Of a stretch of DNA of 64,000 nt, positions 1 through 11,354 are shown one piece after another. Position 1 is the first letter of the stretch. Every line of letters starts with the position of its first letter. The stretch covers positions 96,001 through 160,000 of the forward strand of contig JAULAX010000013.1 of the NCBI GenBank assembly GCA_032654565.1, read 5' to 3'. Both the position numbers and the translations under genes were made by a program. This stretch comes from Anaeromyxobacteraceae bacterium (GTDB lineage Bacteria; Myxococcota; Myxococcia; Myxococcales; Anaeromyxobacteraceae). The notes beneath the pieces were generated by a model. That model ran no database searches, had not been told where the DNA came from, and saw nothing but the letters and a program-made list of their open reading frames with translations.

Positions 1-602
1 TGCGCCAGGCGGCGGCCGCGGCCGGGGCCCCCTTCGAGGTGGCGCCGGCCCGCTGGGATGGGCCGGTGGCGCTGGCCGGGGCCCACCAGCGCGGCAACGC
101 CGGGCTGGCGGCGGCGGCGCTGCGATCCCTGGCCCGGGCGGGTGTGACCGTGGGTGAAGCGGAGATCGCCCGCGGGATCGCCACCGCCCGCTGGCCGGGG
201 CGGCTGGAGACCGTGGCCGGGGTGCTGCTCGACGGCGCCCACAACCCCGACGGCGCCCGGGCCCTGGCGGCGGCCCTCGGCGAGCTCCACCCCGGCCGGC
301 CGGTCGAGCTGGTCTTCGGCGCGCTCGGCGACAAGGACCACCGGGGCATGCTGGCTGCCCTGGCGGGCGCGGTGCGCCGGGTCCACCTGGTGGCGCCGGC
401 GACCCCGCGGGCCCGCGCCGTGGGGGAGCTGGAGGCCGCGGCCGCGGCGCTGGGGCTGCCTTCGGCGCGGCACCACCGGCTGGACGGGGCCCTGGCGGCG
501 GCGCGGGCCGCGGCGGCCGACGGGGCGCTGGTGGCGGTGGCCGGCTCGCTCTACCTGGTGGGCGAGGCCCGGGCGCTGCTGGGCGCCGGCCCGGAGCGTT
601 GA
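1..602 (+). CDS. folC: Bifunctional folylpolyglutamate/dihydrofolate synthase, C-terminal part (5' end outside window)
   Basis: Motifs L.GAHQ..NA, WPGRLE, LLDGAHNPDG, DKD and GSLYLVGE; frame is open from the window start. Confidence 0.93.
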   Translation, partial: RQAAAAAGAPFEVAPARWDGPVALAGAHQRGNAGLAAAALRSLARAGVTVGEAEIARGIATARWPGRLETVAGVLLDGAHNPDGARALAAALGELHPGRPVELVFGALGDKDHRGMLAALAGAVRRVHLVAPATPRARAVGELEAAAAALGLPSARHHRLDGALAAARAAAADGALVAVAGSLYLVGEARALLGAGPER

Positions 603-703
603 GGACCGCCGCGGCGCCGGCCGATATCGGCGGGGCCGGATTCTTCGGGCCCCGGGAGGTGCGTGCTATCTTTTTCGCCGGAATCGACCGACGGAGCCCT
701 CCG

Positions 704-2314
704 ATGCGATCCAGCCTGTCCCTCGCCCTCTGCCTCACTCTCCTCGCCGGCGCCGCCCAGGCGCAGGACCTCAACGTCATCACTGGAGTCGAGGTGAAGG
801 CGGAGGGCAACCTGGTGCTGGTGACGGTGAAGGGGAGCAAGCCGCCCAACTTCACCACCTTCTCGATGGCCGACCCGGCCCGCTTCGTCATCGACTTCTC
901 CGAGGCCAGGTTCCAGGGCGTGCCCGAGGACGTGCGCGTCGACGACGGCGTGATCCGGGTGGTCAAGAACCTGGCCTACGGCGCCGGCGCCACCGCCATC
1001 GCGCGGGTGATGCTGGCCTTCAGCGTCGACGTGGAACCTCCCGACGTCCAGACCGACGGCAACTCGCTGGTGGTGAAGGTGTTCAAGCCGGGGGCCGCCG
1101 CCGTGGCCGCCGCCCCCGCCGGGGCCGGCGCGGCCCCGGTCGCGGCTGCCGCCGAGGACGCCGCGGCCAAGGCCACGGTCGCCAAGGCCGAGGCCGACGA
1201 GGCGGCTCGCCAGGAGGCGCTGGCGCGCGACCGGCGCGAGGCCGAGGCCAGGGAGCAGGCCCGGCTGACCGCCGAGGCGACCGCCAAGGAGCGCGAGGCC
1301 CAGGCCAGGGCCGAGGCCGAGGCCCGGACCCGCGAGGCCGAGAAGGTGGCCGCCGAGCAGGCCGCGGCCGACGAGGCCGCCCGGGTGGCGGCCGAGGCGC
1401 GCCGCGCCGAGATCAAGGCCAAGGTCGCCGCCGGGGAGGCCCAGCCGGTCAAGCTCCAGGAGGAGCCGGTGGCCGCCGCCGAGGCGAAGCCGACCGCCGG
1501 CGAAGTGGCCGCCGCCGAGCAGGCCAAGGCCGATGCCCAGGCCAGGCGGGAGATCGACCAGGCCCTTGCCGCCCAGCAGACTGCCGACGCCAGGGCTGCC
1601 GACGCCAGGGCTGCCGACGCCAGGGCTGCCGACGCCAGGGCTGCCGACGCCAGGGCTGCCGACGCCAGGGCTGCCGACGCCAGGGCTGCCGACGCCAGGG
1701 CTGCCGACGCCAGGGCTGCCGACGCCAGGGCTGCCGACGCCAGGGCCGCCGACGCCAGGGCCGCCGACGCCAGGGCCGCCGCCGCGCCCGCCTCCCGGCC
1801 GCTCTCCCCGATGACCGAGGTCCCGCCGCCGCCGGCCCGCCCGTCCAAGCTGCAGGCGGTCGGCTTCCAGCAGCTGCCCACCGTTTCCCGGGTCTTCGTG
1901 AAGACCAGCGTCACGCCCCGCTTCACCATCACCGACGTCGGCGACGACGTGGTGCGCCTGGAGGTGGAGAACACCAGGTCGAGCCGGCGCAACGACACCC
2001 GCCCGCTCGACACCTCGTTCTTCCCGTCGGCGGTGGCGATGATCACGCCCAGCAAGCAGGGCACCTCCTACGTCGTCGACATCAAGCTCAGGAAGCGGGT
2101 CCCCTACCAGCAGAAGCTGGAGGGGGACGTGCTGGCCATCGACTTCGAGCGGCCCGCCGCCGGCGCGGGCGAGGCCGCCGGCCGGCCGGCCGCCGCCACC
2201 GGCGAGGGCAGCCAGGACAACCAGCAGGGGATCATCGTCGCCCCCGAGGAGAAGGCCGGCGAGGCCGCCCCGGACGACGCCGAGCCCGCGGCGGAGCCGC
2301 CCGCGAAGCAGTAG
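704..2314 (+). CDS. Secreted protein with N- and C-terminal AMIN-like domains joined by a long Ala/Glu/Arg helical linker
   Basis: Signal peptide MRSSLSLALCLTLLAGAAQA; AMIN-like segments (FTTFSMADPARFVIDF; VVRLEVENT...YVVDIKL); GGAG upstream of ATG 704. Confidence 0.8.
   Translation: MRSSLSLALCLTLLAGAAQAQDLNVITGVEVKAEGNLVLVTVKGSKPPNFTTFSMADPARFVIDFSEARFQGVPEDVRVDDGVIRVVKNLAYGAGATAIARVMLAFSVDVEPPDVQTDGNSLVVKVFKPGAAAVAAAPAGAGAAPVAAAAEDAAAKATVAKAEADEAARQEALARDRREAEAREQARLTAEATAKEREAQARAEAEARTREAEKVAAEQAAADEAARVAAEARRAEIKAKVAAGEAQPVKLQEEPVAAAEAKPTAGEVAAAEQAKADAQARREIDQALAAQQTADARAADARAADARAADARAADARAADARAADARAADARAADARAADARAADARAADARAADARAAAAPASRPLSPMTEVPPPPARPSKLQAVGFQQLPTVSRVFVKTSVTPRFTITDVGDDVVRLEVENTRSSRRNDTRPLDTSFFPSAVAMITPSKQGTSYVVDIKLRKRVPYQQKLEGDVLAIDFERPAAGAGEAAGRPAAATGEGSQDNQQGIIVAPEEKAGEAAPDDAEPAAEPPAKQ
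1581..1775 (+). repeat. In-frame 15-bp tandem repeat, 13 copies, encoding (ADARA)13
   Basis: 11 exact copies of CTGCCGACGCCAGGG followed by 2 copies of CCGCCGACGCCAGGG. Confidence 0.98.
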
Positions 2315-2323
2315 AGTCCCCGG

Positions 2324-4843
2324 GTGCCCATTCTCGTCGCCCTGGCCGCGGCCGGGTTGTTCGCCGCCGCCGCCCCGCCGCCAGGCGAGGGGAGCGACGG
2401 GGGCGAGGCCAGGGTCAAGGCCACCACCGCCAGCTTCGACGTCGCCACCGGCACCTACCGGCTCGAGGGCGAGGTGCAGATCACCCGCGGGGCCGTGACG
2501 CTGCGGGCCGGGAGGGCCTCCTACGACTCCCGCACCGGCGAGGTGACCGCCAGCGGCGGCGTGCTGCTGATCGACCCCACCCGGGTGCTCTCCGCCGAGG
2601 AGGTCCACGCCCTCCTCGACGGTCCGTTCGAGGCCCGCCAGGTGGTGGCCTACTACAAGCTCAAGCCGACCCGCTTCGGGGCCGCGGCCACGCTGGAGGA
2701 GGCCGCCCGCTGCGGCCCCAACAGCCTGCGCGCCGAGGGGCGGGAGGTCACCAGCGGCGGCGACGGCCGGCTCCTGCTCAAGGAGGCCAGGCTCTCGCTC
2801 TGCGACTGCCCGGGCGGCGGGGCGCCCTCCTGGGAGCTGCGGTCGCGGTCCTCCACGGTGTCCCCGGGGCAGGAGGCGCGGCTGGAGTGGCCGGTGCTCT
2901 ACCTGACGCCCCGCTTCCTCTTCATCGACCACCCGGTGCCGGTGCTGACGCTCCCCTGGCTCACCGTGCCGCTGGCGCCGCGGGTCTCCGGCCTGCTGGT
3001 CCCCCTGCTCGGCTCCACCGGGCCGACCGGCTGGACGGTGGGCCAGCCCATCTTCCTGACGCTGGGCCCTTCCGCCGACCTGACCGTGGCCCCGGGGTAC
3101 GCCTTTGGCCAGGCGGCCTCGGCGGTGGCGCGGGGCGACGCCTCGGTGCGGGGACCGGGGGTGGCGCTGGAGGGGCGCTGGGCCCCGGTGGACGGGGCGG
3201 CCGGCCTGCTCCGGCTCGACCTCCAGGACGACCTCGACGACGAGGCGGTGCCGGCCCAGGGGATCGTCGGGGCCTCCGGACTCCGCTGGGCGCTGCGCGG
3301 CGACTGGGCCCAGCGCTTCGGCGACCAGACCTCGCTGCGGGTGGCGCTCGACACCGTGGGCGATCCGCTCTACGTGCGCGACTTCAACGCCGACCTGCGG
3401 ATCCGCGACGCCACCTCGCGCCGCTCGGCGGCCGTCCTCTCCCACCGGACCGATCACCTGGCCCTGGAGCTGGCGGCCGGGTGGCTGCAGCCGGTGGCCC
3501 GCAACGGCTCGCTCAGCGTCATCGACAACGGCCTGGTGGGCAGCGCGCTCCCCGGCTTCCAGCGCTGGCCGTCGCTCTCGGCGACGCTGGCGCCGTGGCC
3601 GCTGGCCGGCCCCATCCTGCTCTCCGGCCGGCTCGGAGCCACCCGCGCCGCGCCGCTCCACGGCGGCACCTCCGACGGGGGCGCCGACGGCGTCGGCCCG
3701 GCCGACCGCGGCTGGAAGCGCGACGCGGCCGACCCCACCGAGCTCGACGGCGCCTGGCAGCCGGGGGAGCGGCTGGGCGCGACCCGGCTCGACGCCCGGG
3801 CCGAAATGGCGGCCCCGCTCCAGCTAAGCTGGCTCTCGGTGATGCCGTGGGCCCGCGCCGCCGTGCTCGGCTACGCCTTCGACGACGCCGCCTCGGCGCG
3901 CGCCAACGGCTGGTGGGTGGGCGGGCTGGAGCTGACCACGCTGCTGAGCCGGCGCTACGGCGACCTGCTCCACGTGCTGGAGCCGCGGGTGGAGTGGCTG
4001 CTGGTCAGCCCGGTGATGGGCCGGTCCCTGCCGGCCTTCGGCTACGACGCTTGGGATCGCACCGACGCCACCCCGGCCGGGACCGGCGCGGCCTTCGTGG
4101 CCCCGCGCTACGCCGCGGCGGCGCCGCCGGGCCGCTCCAACCAGCTGCGGGTGGCGCTGGCCTCCTGGCTCCACTCGCCCGACTTCGCGCTGCTGCGTGG
4201 CGAGGTGGGGCAGGAGGTCGACCTGGAGCGCGGCAAGCTGGCCGAAGGGTACGTCAGCGCCGCCGCCAGCCGCGGCTACGTCACCGGCGAGGCCGAGGTG
4301 CGGTTCTGGACCGCGGGCCGGCCGGACGCGGCCTCGCAGCCGGTGGTCACCTCCTGGCTGGACCGCTTCTCCGAGCTGAGGCTGCGGGTCTCCCTCGAGG
4401 ACGGCCGGGGAGACGGCGTCCACGGCGGGCTGCTGGCCTTCGGCCCCGGCGGCTCCGGCCGGATCGGCGCCGGCGTCGACTCGCTCTTCGACGCCCGCCC
4501 CATCTCCATCCGCCCCCTCGACCAGGCCGCCACCGGCACCCTGGGGGCCGAGGCCCTGGCCTCGGCGACCCTGGGGGCCCGGGTGCGCCTCGGACCGGCC
4601 AGCTTCGGCTACGACGTGCTGCTGCCGGCGCGGACCACCGAGGTCAGCTCATGCCAGGCGGGCGCCGCGCCGCGCACCATCGGCCCCTGGCACATCCAGC
4701 AGCAGAACGCCTGGGCCCAGTGGGACTCGCCCTGCCGCTGCTTCAAGCTCAAGGTGGCGGTCGGGGTCAGCGACTGCGGCGGCATCCCCAGCTTCAAGGT
4801 CGACCTCGGGCTGGGTGCGTTCGGCGCCACCCGCTTCCAGTGA
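2324..4843 (+). CDS. lptD: LPS-assembly protein LptD-like outer-membrane protein
   Basis: Signal peptide, OstA-like N-terminal strands (LEGEVQITRGAVTLRA), SLCDC...PSWEL motif, R.SGLL.P, long beta-barrel region with C-terminal CRC. Confidence 0.78.
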   Translation: MPILVALAAAGLFAAAAPPPGEGSDGGEARVKATTASFDVATGTYRLEGEVQITRGAVTLRAGRASYDSRTGEVTASGGVLLIDPTRVLSAEEVHALLDGPFEARQVVAYYKLKPTRFGAAATLEEAARCGPNSLRAEGREVTSGGDGRLLLKEARLSLCDCPGGGAPSWELRSRSSTVSPGQEARLEWPVLYLTPRFLFIDHPVPVLTLPWLTVPLAPRVSGLLVPLLGSTGPTGWTVGQPIFLTLGPSADLTVAPGYAFGQAASAVARGDASVRGPGVALEGRWAPVDGAAGLLRLDLQDDLDDEAVPAQGIVGASGLRWALRGDWAQRFGDQTSLRVALDTVGDPLYVRDFNADLRIRDATSRRSAAVLSHRTDHLALELAAGWLQPVARNGSLSVIDNGLVGSALPGFQRWPSLSATLAPWPLAGPILLSGRLGATRAAPLHGGTSDGGADGVGPADRGWKRDAADPTELDGAWQPGERLGATRLDARAEMAAPLQLSWLSVMPWARAAVLGYAFDDAASARANGWWVGGLELTTLLSRRYGDLLHVLEPRVEWLLVSPVMGRSLPAFGYDAWDRTDATPAGTGAAFVAPRYAAAAPPGRSNQLRVALASWLHSPDFALLRGEVGQEVDLERGKLAEGYVSAAASRGYVTGEAEVRFWTAGRPDAASQPVVTSWLDRFSELRLRVSLEDGRGDGVHGGLLAFGPGGSGRIGAGVDSLFDARPISIRPLDQAATGTLGAEALASATLGARVRLGPASFGYDVLLPARTTEVSSCQAGAAPRTIGPWHIQQQNAWAQWDSPCRCFKLKVAVGVSDCGGIPSFKVDLGLGAFGATRFQ

Positions 4844-4888
4844 GGGGGACCCTCTGCTACAAACGGGCGAGTCCACCCCGGAGATCCC

Positions 4889-5557
4889 GTGACGTCCCCC
4901 CGCTCCCCGCGAGCCACGCCGCGCCGCCTCCCCACCGACGCCCCGGAGCCGGAGAAGCGCCGCGCCATCCTGCACGCCGCGGTGCGGGTCTTCGCCGAGA
5001 AGGGGTACCACGGCTGCCGCATCGCCGACGTGGCCCGCGCCGCCGGGGTGGCCTACGGGCTGGTCTACCACTACTTCCAGAACAAGGACGAGCTGCTGGA
5101 GAGCGTCTTCGCCGAGCAGTGGACCATCCTGCTGGCGGCGCTGAAGGCCATCCAGGACGGGCCGGGGACCGCCAGCGAGAAGATCGCCGGCGTGCTCGGC
5201 TTCGTGCTCGACGTCTTCAAGACCGCCCCCACCGCGGTGCGGGTGCTCATCCTCGAGGTGGCCCGCACCCCCAAGGTGCTCCGCTCCGGCTCGACCCCGG
5301 AGACCTTCTTCAGCGCCATCGGCATCATCGCCGAGGTGGTCAGGGCCGGGCAGGAGTCGGGCGAGCTGCGCGCCGACCTCGAGCCGGTGGTGGCCGCCAC
5401 CGGCATCCTCGGGGCGCTGGAGATGACCGTGACCGGGCTGGTGGTCGGGCTGGTCCGTCCGGTCGGGCCGCCCGAGGAGCAGATCGACGTGGTCAAGGGT
5501 CAGCTGGTCACCATGGTGCTCGGGGGGCTGCATGCGCCCGGGCGCCGGGCCGGTTAG
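4889..5557 (+). CDS. TetR/AcrR family transcriptional regulator
   Basis: ILHAAVRVFAEKGYHGCRIADVARAAGVAYGLVYHYFQNKDELL HTH signature. Confidence 0.93.
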   Translation: MTSPRSPRATPRRLPTDAPEPEKRRAILHAAVRVFAEKGYHGCRIADVARAAGVAYGLVYHYFQNKDELLESVFAEQWTILLAALKAIQDGPGTASEKIAGVLGFVLDVFKTAPTAVRVLILEVARTPKVLRSGSTPETFFSAIGIIAEVVRAGQESGELRADLEPVVAATGILGALEMTVTGLVVGLVRPVGPPEEQIDVVKGQLVTMVLGGLHAPGRRAG

Positions 5558-5589
5558 GTCACCGGTCCCCCAGGGTCAGGAGCAACCCC

Positions 5590-7173
5590 ATGTCGCGTGT
5601 CCTCGTCGCCGATGATCTCTCGCCGGAAGCCGTCGCCATCCTCCGCGCCGCCGGGCTGGAGGTGGACGTCAAGGTCGGCCTCAAGCCGGACGAGCTGCTG
5701 GCCATCATCGGCGGCTACGACGGGCTGGCGGTGCGCAGCGCCACCAAGGTGACCGCCAAGGTGCTCGAGGCCGCCACCCGGCTCAAGGTGGTGGGCCGGG
5801 CCGGCGTCGGCGTCGACAACGTCGACCTGGCGGCGGCCACCCGCAAGGGCGTGGTGGTGATGAACACCCCGGGCGGCTCCTCGACCACGGTGGCCGAGCT
5901 GGCCCTGGCGATGATGCTGTCGCTCTCCCGGCACGTCGCCGCCGCCACCGCCAGCGTCAAGGCCGGCAAGTGGGAGAAGAAGAAGTTCCAGGGGCACGAG
6001 CTGGCCGGCAAGACCCTGGGCGTGGTGGGCATCGGCAACATCGGCTCGGTCCTGGTCGACCGCTGCCTGGCCCTGAAGATGAAGGTGATCGCCTACGACC
6101 CCTTCATCTCGCCGGAGGCGGCGGCCAAGCTGGGGGTGCGGCTGGTGGCGATCGAGGCGCTCTGGGGCGAGGCCGACGTCATCTCGGTCCACGTGCCGCT
6201 CACCGACCAGACCCGCCACATGATCAACGCCGCCACGCTGGCGCGGATGAAGCCCACCGCGCTGCTGGTCAACTGCGCCCGCGGCGGCATCGTCGACGAG
6301 CCGGCCCTGGCGGCCGCGCTGGCCGCCGGCCGCCTCGGCGGCGCGGCGCTGGACGTCTTCGAGCAGGAGCCGCCCCCGGCCGACCACCCGCTCCTCACGC
6401 TCGACAACGTGGTGCTCACCCCGCACCTGGGGGCCTCCACCGAGGAGGCGCAGGCGGCGGTGGCGGTGGCCATCGCCGAGCAGCTGGCCGCCTACCTGAA
6501 GGCGGGGGTGGTCAAGAACGCCATCAACGTCCCCAGCCTGGGGGCCGAGGTGCTGGCTCAGCTCGGCCCCTACCTGCCGCTGGCCGAGAAGCTGGGGGCG
6601 CTGGCCGGGCAGCTGGCGCCGGCAGGCCCGACCGAGGTGGTGGTGTCGCTGGCCGGTGACCTGGCCGGGGCGCCGGCCCGGCCGCTGGCCAGCCGCGTCC
6701 TGGTCGGCCTGCTGCGCCACGCCAGCGAGTCGCCGGTCAACGAGGTGAGCGCGCCGGAGGTGGCCCGCGAGCGCGGCCTGACGCTCCGCGAGGAGCGGGT
6801 CACGGCGCCGCAGGACTACGCCGGGCTGCTCACGGTCACGGTGCGGGGGCAGGGTGGGGAAGCCACGGTGGCCGGCACGGTCTACGGCAAGGCCGAGGCC
6901 CGCCTGGTCCGCCTCGGCGCCTTCCGGCTCGAGGCGGTGCCGGAGGGGACGGTGCTGCTCTGCGAGAACGACGACGCCCCCGGCGTGGTCGGCAACCTCG
7001 GCACCACCCTGGGCGCCGCCGGCGTCAACATCGCCCGGATCTCGCTCTCCCGCACCGACGACCGGACCCGGGCCTTCGCCTTCCTCAACATCGACTCCAC
7101 CCCCACCGCCGAGGTGCTGGCCAGGATCATGGCCCTGCCCCACGTCCGGACGGTGAAGGTCATCACCCTCTAG
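5590..7173 (+). CDS. serA: D-3-phosphoglycerate dehydrogenase with ASB/ACT domains
   Basis: VGRAGVGVDNVD, GVVGIGNIG, NCARGGIVDE, TPHLGASTEEAQ, C-terminal ACT domain; GGAG RBS before ATG 5590. Confidence 0.96.
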   Translation: MSRVLVADDLSPEAVAILRAAGLEVDVKVGLKPDELLAIIGGYDGLAVRSATKVTAKVLEAATRLKVVGRAGVGVDNVDLAAATRKGVVVMNTPGGSSTTVAELALAMMLSLSRHVAAATASVKAGKWEKKKFQGHELAGKTLGVVGIGNIGSVLVDRCLALKMKVIAYDPFISPEAAAKLGVRLVAIEALWGEADVISVHVPLTDQTRHMINAATLARMKPTALLVNCARGGIVDEPALAAALAAGRLGGAALDVFEQEPPPADHPLLTLDNVVLTPHLGASTEEAQAAVAVAIAEQLAAYLKAGVVKNAINVPSLGAEVLAQLGPYLPLAEKLGALAGQLAPAGPTEVVVSLAGDLAGAPARPLASRVLVGLLRHASESPVNEVSAPEVARERGLTLREERVTAPQDYAGLLTVTVRGQGGEATVAGTVYGKAEARLVRLGAFRLEAVPEGTVLLCENDDAPGVVGNLGTTLGAAGVNIARISLSRTDDRTRAFAFLNIDSTPTAEVLARIMALPHVRTVKVITL

Positions 7174-7187
7174 CCACCATGGGTCAC

Positions 7188-8202
7188 ATGCTCGACCTCT
7201 CGCTCCCCACCGGCCTGCGCGACCTGCTCCCCGACCACTCGGCCCACCTGGCCGAGCTCTCGGGGCGGCTGCAGCAGGTCTTCGCCAGCTTCGGCTACCG
7301 GCGGCTCTTCCTGCCGACGCTGGAGCGGCTCGACGTGGTGGAGCGCGGGCTCTCGGCGGCGGCCCTGGCCGACGTCATGAAGTTCGTCGAGCCCGGCTCC
7401 GGCGAGGTGGTGGCCATCCGGCCCGACATCACGCCGCAGATCGCCCGGCTCTACGCCTCCCGCCCCGACGCGCTGCCGGCGCCGGCCCGGCTCTGCTACG
7501 ACGGCCCGGTGCTGCGGGCCCGCGAGGCCCGGGCCGGGAGGCCGCGCGAGGTCTACCAGGCCGGCGTCGAGCTGCTGGGCGTGGGCGGTCCCCGCTCCGA
7601 CGCCGAGGCGCTGCTGGTGCTGTCGAAGGCGCTGGCGCGGGTGGGGCTGGGCGCGGCGGTCATCGAGGTGGGGCACGCCCGCTTCGCCGCCGCCGCCATC
7701 GAGGCGGCCGGCCTGCCCCGCAGGGCGCTGCCCGAGGCCTGGGACGCGCTGGCCCGCAAGGACGAGGGAGTGCTGACCCGCCTGGCGGCCCGGGGGCGCG
7801 GGGCCGGGGCGGCGCGCCTGGCCCTGCCGCGGCTGGCCGGGCTCTACGGCGACGGGGCGCTGCCGCGGGCCCGGAGCTTCGCCAGGGAGGTGCCGGCCTG
7901 CGCGCCGGCCCTGGCCGAGGTGGAGGCGGCGCTCCGGCTGGCGAGGCGCAAGGGGCTGGGCGAGGTGGCGGTCGACCTCGGCGAGATCCGCGGGCTGGGC
8001 CTACTACACCGGCCTCACCTTCGCCGGCTACGCGCCGGGGGCGGGGGCGGCGGTGGCGGCCGGCGGGCGGTACGACGAATTGCTGGGACGCTTCGGGCGC
8101 CCCGGACCGGCCATCGGCTTCGGTATCGACCTCGAGTTCGCCACCCAGGCGCTGGAGCGGCGCGCCAGCGACCGGCCCCGGCGCGCGGCAGCTCGTCGCT
8201 AG
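7188..8202 (+). CDS. hisZ: ATP phosphoribosyltransferase regulatory subunit, with a +1 frameshift near 8000 (alternative start 7179)
   Basis: LPTGLRDLLP, IRPDITPQIAR, RE.YQAGVEL; removing one C at 8000-8001 restores GLGYYTGLTF...AGGRYDELLGRFGRPGPAIGF ending at TAG 8200-8202; serA-hisZ-purA order. Confidence 0.9.
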
Positions 8203-8306
8203 CGCCCCCGGGCGCCTGCTGGTAGATTCCTGCCTGTTTGCGCGCCTCCAACGCGTCCGCGTCCACCGCGGGGCGCCCGGCGGCGGCCACCCGAAGACAC
8301 CCGTAG

Positions 8307-9617
<1,311 letters not shown>

Positions 9618-9664
9618 GGTGGACGGGGCCGGCCCGGCCGCCTCGCCTCACCGGAGCCACCACC

Positions 9665-11341
9665 ATGCGTTCCCTCACCCTGGCGCTGCTCCTGCTCGCG
9701 GCCCCGGCCGCCCTGGCAGCCACCCCGCCGGAGGCCCGGGCCCGCAAGGAGCAGGGCGACAAGCTCCGCAAGGCCGGCGACAACGACGGCGCCACCGCGG
9801 CCTACCTGGCGGCGCTGCAGCTCGACGGGGGCTACGCCGAGGCCCACGAGGCGCTCGGCAAGCTCTATTACGCCACCAAGCAGCCGGCCAAGGCCATCGA
9901 GTCCTTCGGCTACGCCGCCGAGATCGATCCCACCTTCGCCATGGCCTGGTACAACCTCGGCTTCGTCGCCAGCCAGTCCGGAGACCAGCCGAAGGCCCGC
10001 GGCGCCTACCAGGCCTACGTCAAGCTCCGCCCCACCGACGCCGACGGACACTACCGGCTGGCCGAGGTAGAGCGGGCGCTGGGGAACAAGGCGGCGGCCG
10101 CGGCCGGGTACCAGCTCTTCCTCGACCTGGCCAGGACGGCGCCGGACCAGGCCCCCCGGGCGGAGAAGGCCACGGCGGCGCTGGCCGAGCTGCGCGGGCC
10201 CACGCCGGCCCCACCGCCTCCCTCCGCGCCGGCGCCCCCCCAGCCCTCCCAGCCCTCCCAGTCCGCCCCGGCGGCCGCGGCGGTGGTCGGCGCCGCGCTG
10301 GCCGGTGGCGCCGCCGCCACCGCCACCGCCACCGCCACAGCGTCCGCAGCTGGTGTCGCGGCCCCCGCGGCCGCGGCCACCGTCGCCCCCGTGCCGGCTG
10401 CGCCCCCGGCGGCGACCAGCCAGGTGAAGGCGCCGGAGGCCCGGGCGACCGTGGCCGAGCCGATCGCGCCGCCTGCCGCCGCCGCGCCGCCAACCGCTGC
10501 CGCGCCGGCGACGCTTGCCGCCGTGGCCCCGACCCCGGCGTACGCCGCCCCGGTTCGCGGCCTGATAGAGAAGCTGGGAGCGGGCGACCGGGCCTACCTC
10601 TCCGGTGACTTCCGCACCGCCCTCTTCACCTACCAGGACGCCGTCTACCTCGACCCCACCAACGCCGGCGCCCGCATCAAGCTGGCCCGCGCCTACACGG
10701 CGCTGCGCCACAAGGAGGAGGCGGCGCTGCAGCTCCGCCAGGCGCTCGAGCTCGATCCCGGGAACGAGCTGGCGAGCAAGCTGCTCCGCGAGCTGGACGC
10801 CCCGGCGCCGTCGCCGGCCGCCCCGGCCACCGGGCCCAGCGCCGCGGCGCCGCTGCCGCCCCCCGCCGCGGCGCCGGCGCAGAAGATGTACCGGCTCACC
10901 GACGACGTCGCCTCGACGCCTCCCCCATCGCCGATCCCGGCGCAGGCCCCGGCTCCCGCCCCTGGCGATCAGCAGCAGGCCACCGGCCACTACAAGACCG
11001 CCGTCACCATGATCGGGGCCCGCGACTTCAAGGGGGCCATCATCGAGCTCGACCAGGCCCTCCGGCTCAACCCACGCCTGGCGGTGGCCCTGGTGGCCCG
11101 CGCCTCGGCCTGCTACGGCCTGGCCCGGTACAAGGACGCCGCCCGCGACTACGAGGCGGCCCTGCTGCTGGCCCCGGAGCTGGCGTCGCCGCTCTACGGC
11201 CTGGCCGAGTCCTACCGGCTCCTCGAGGATCCCCGGGCCGGCGACTTCTACGCCCGCTACGCCGAGAGCACCGCCGACGACGTCCGGCCGGACCTGCGCG
11301 AGGTGGCGCGGCAGATGGCCGTCCAGCTGGGGGCCCGGTAG
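9665..11341 (+). CDS. Secreted TPR-repeat protein with three TPR clusters joined by Pro/Ala-rich linkers
   Basis: Signal peptide MRSLTLALLLLAAPAALA; TPR patterns (AEAHEALG.LY, AMAWYNLG, ADGHYRLA, AGARIKLA). Confidence 0.82.
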   Translation: MRSLTLALLLLAAPAALAATPPEARARKEQGDKLRKAGDNDGATAAYLAALQLDGGYAEAHEALGKLYYATKQPAKAIESFGYAAEIDPTFAMAWYNLGFVASQSGDQPKARGAYQAYVKLRPTDADGHYRLAEVERALGNKAAAAAGYQLFLDLARTAPDQAPRAEKATAALAELRGPTPAPPPPSAPAPPQPSQPSQSAPAAAAVVGAALAGGAAATATATATASAAGVAAPAAAATVAPVPAAPPAATSQVKAPEARATVAEPIAPPAAAAPPTAAAPATLAAVAPTPAYAAPVRGLIEKLGAGDRAYLSGDFRTALFTYQDAVYLDPTNAGARIKLARAYTALRHKEEAALQLRQALELDPGNELASKLLRELDAPAPSPAAPATGPSAAAPLPPPAAAPAQKMYRLTDDVASTPPPSPIPAQAPAPAPGDQQQATGHYKTAVTMIGARDFKGAIIELDQALRLNPRLAVALVARASACYGLARYKDAARDYEAALLLAPELASPLYGLAESYRLLEDPRAGDFYARYAESTADDVRPDLREVARQMAVQLGAR

Positions 11342-11354
11342 CGACCGGCGCCGC

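Noticed and set aside
1581..1775. Tandem repeat as CRISPR, or as a separate (PTPGL)n or (CRRQG)n protein
   Set aside because: No spacers, no cas genes; the unit is in frame within the AMIN protein
154..7173. 2339-aa ORF and the many other long overlapping or antisense ORFs in the track
   Set aside because: Arg/Pro/Gly-rich shadow frames expected at this GC content; only the last part (serA, from 5590) is real, and each region is explained by a recognisable gene in another frame
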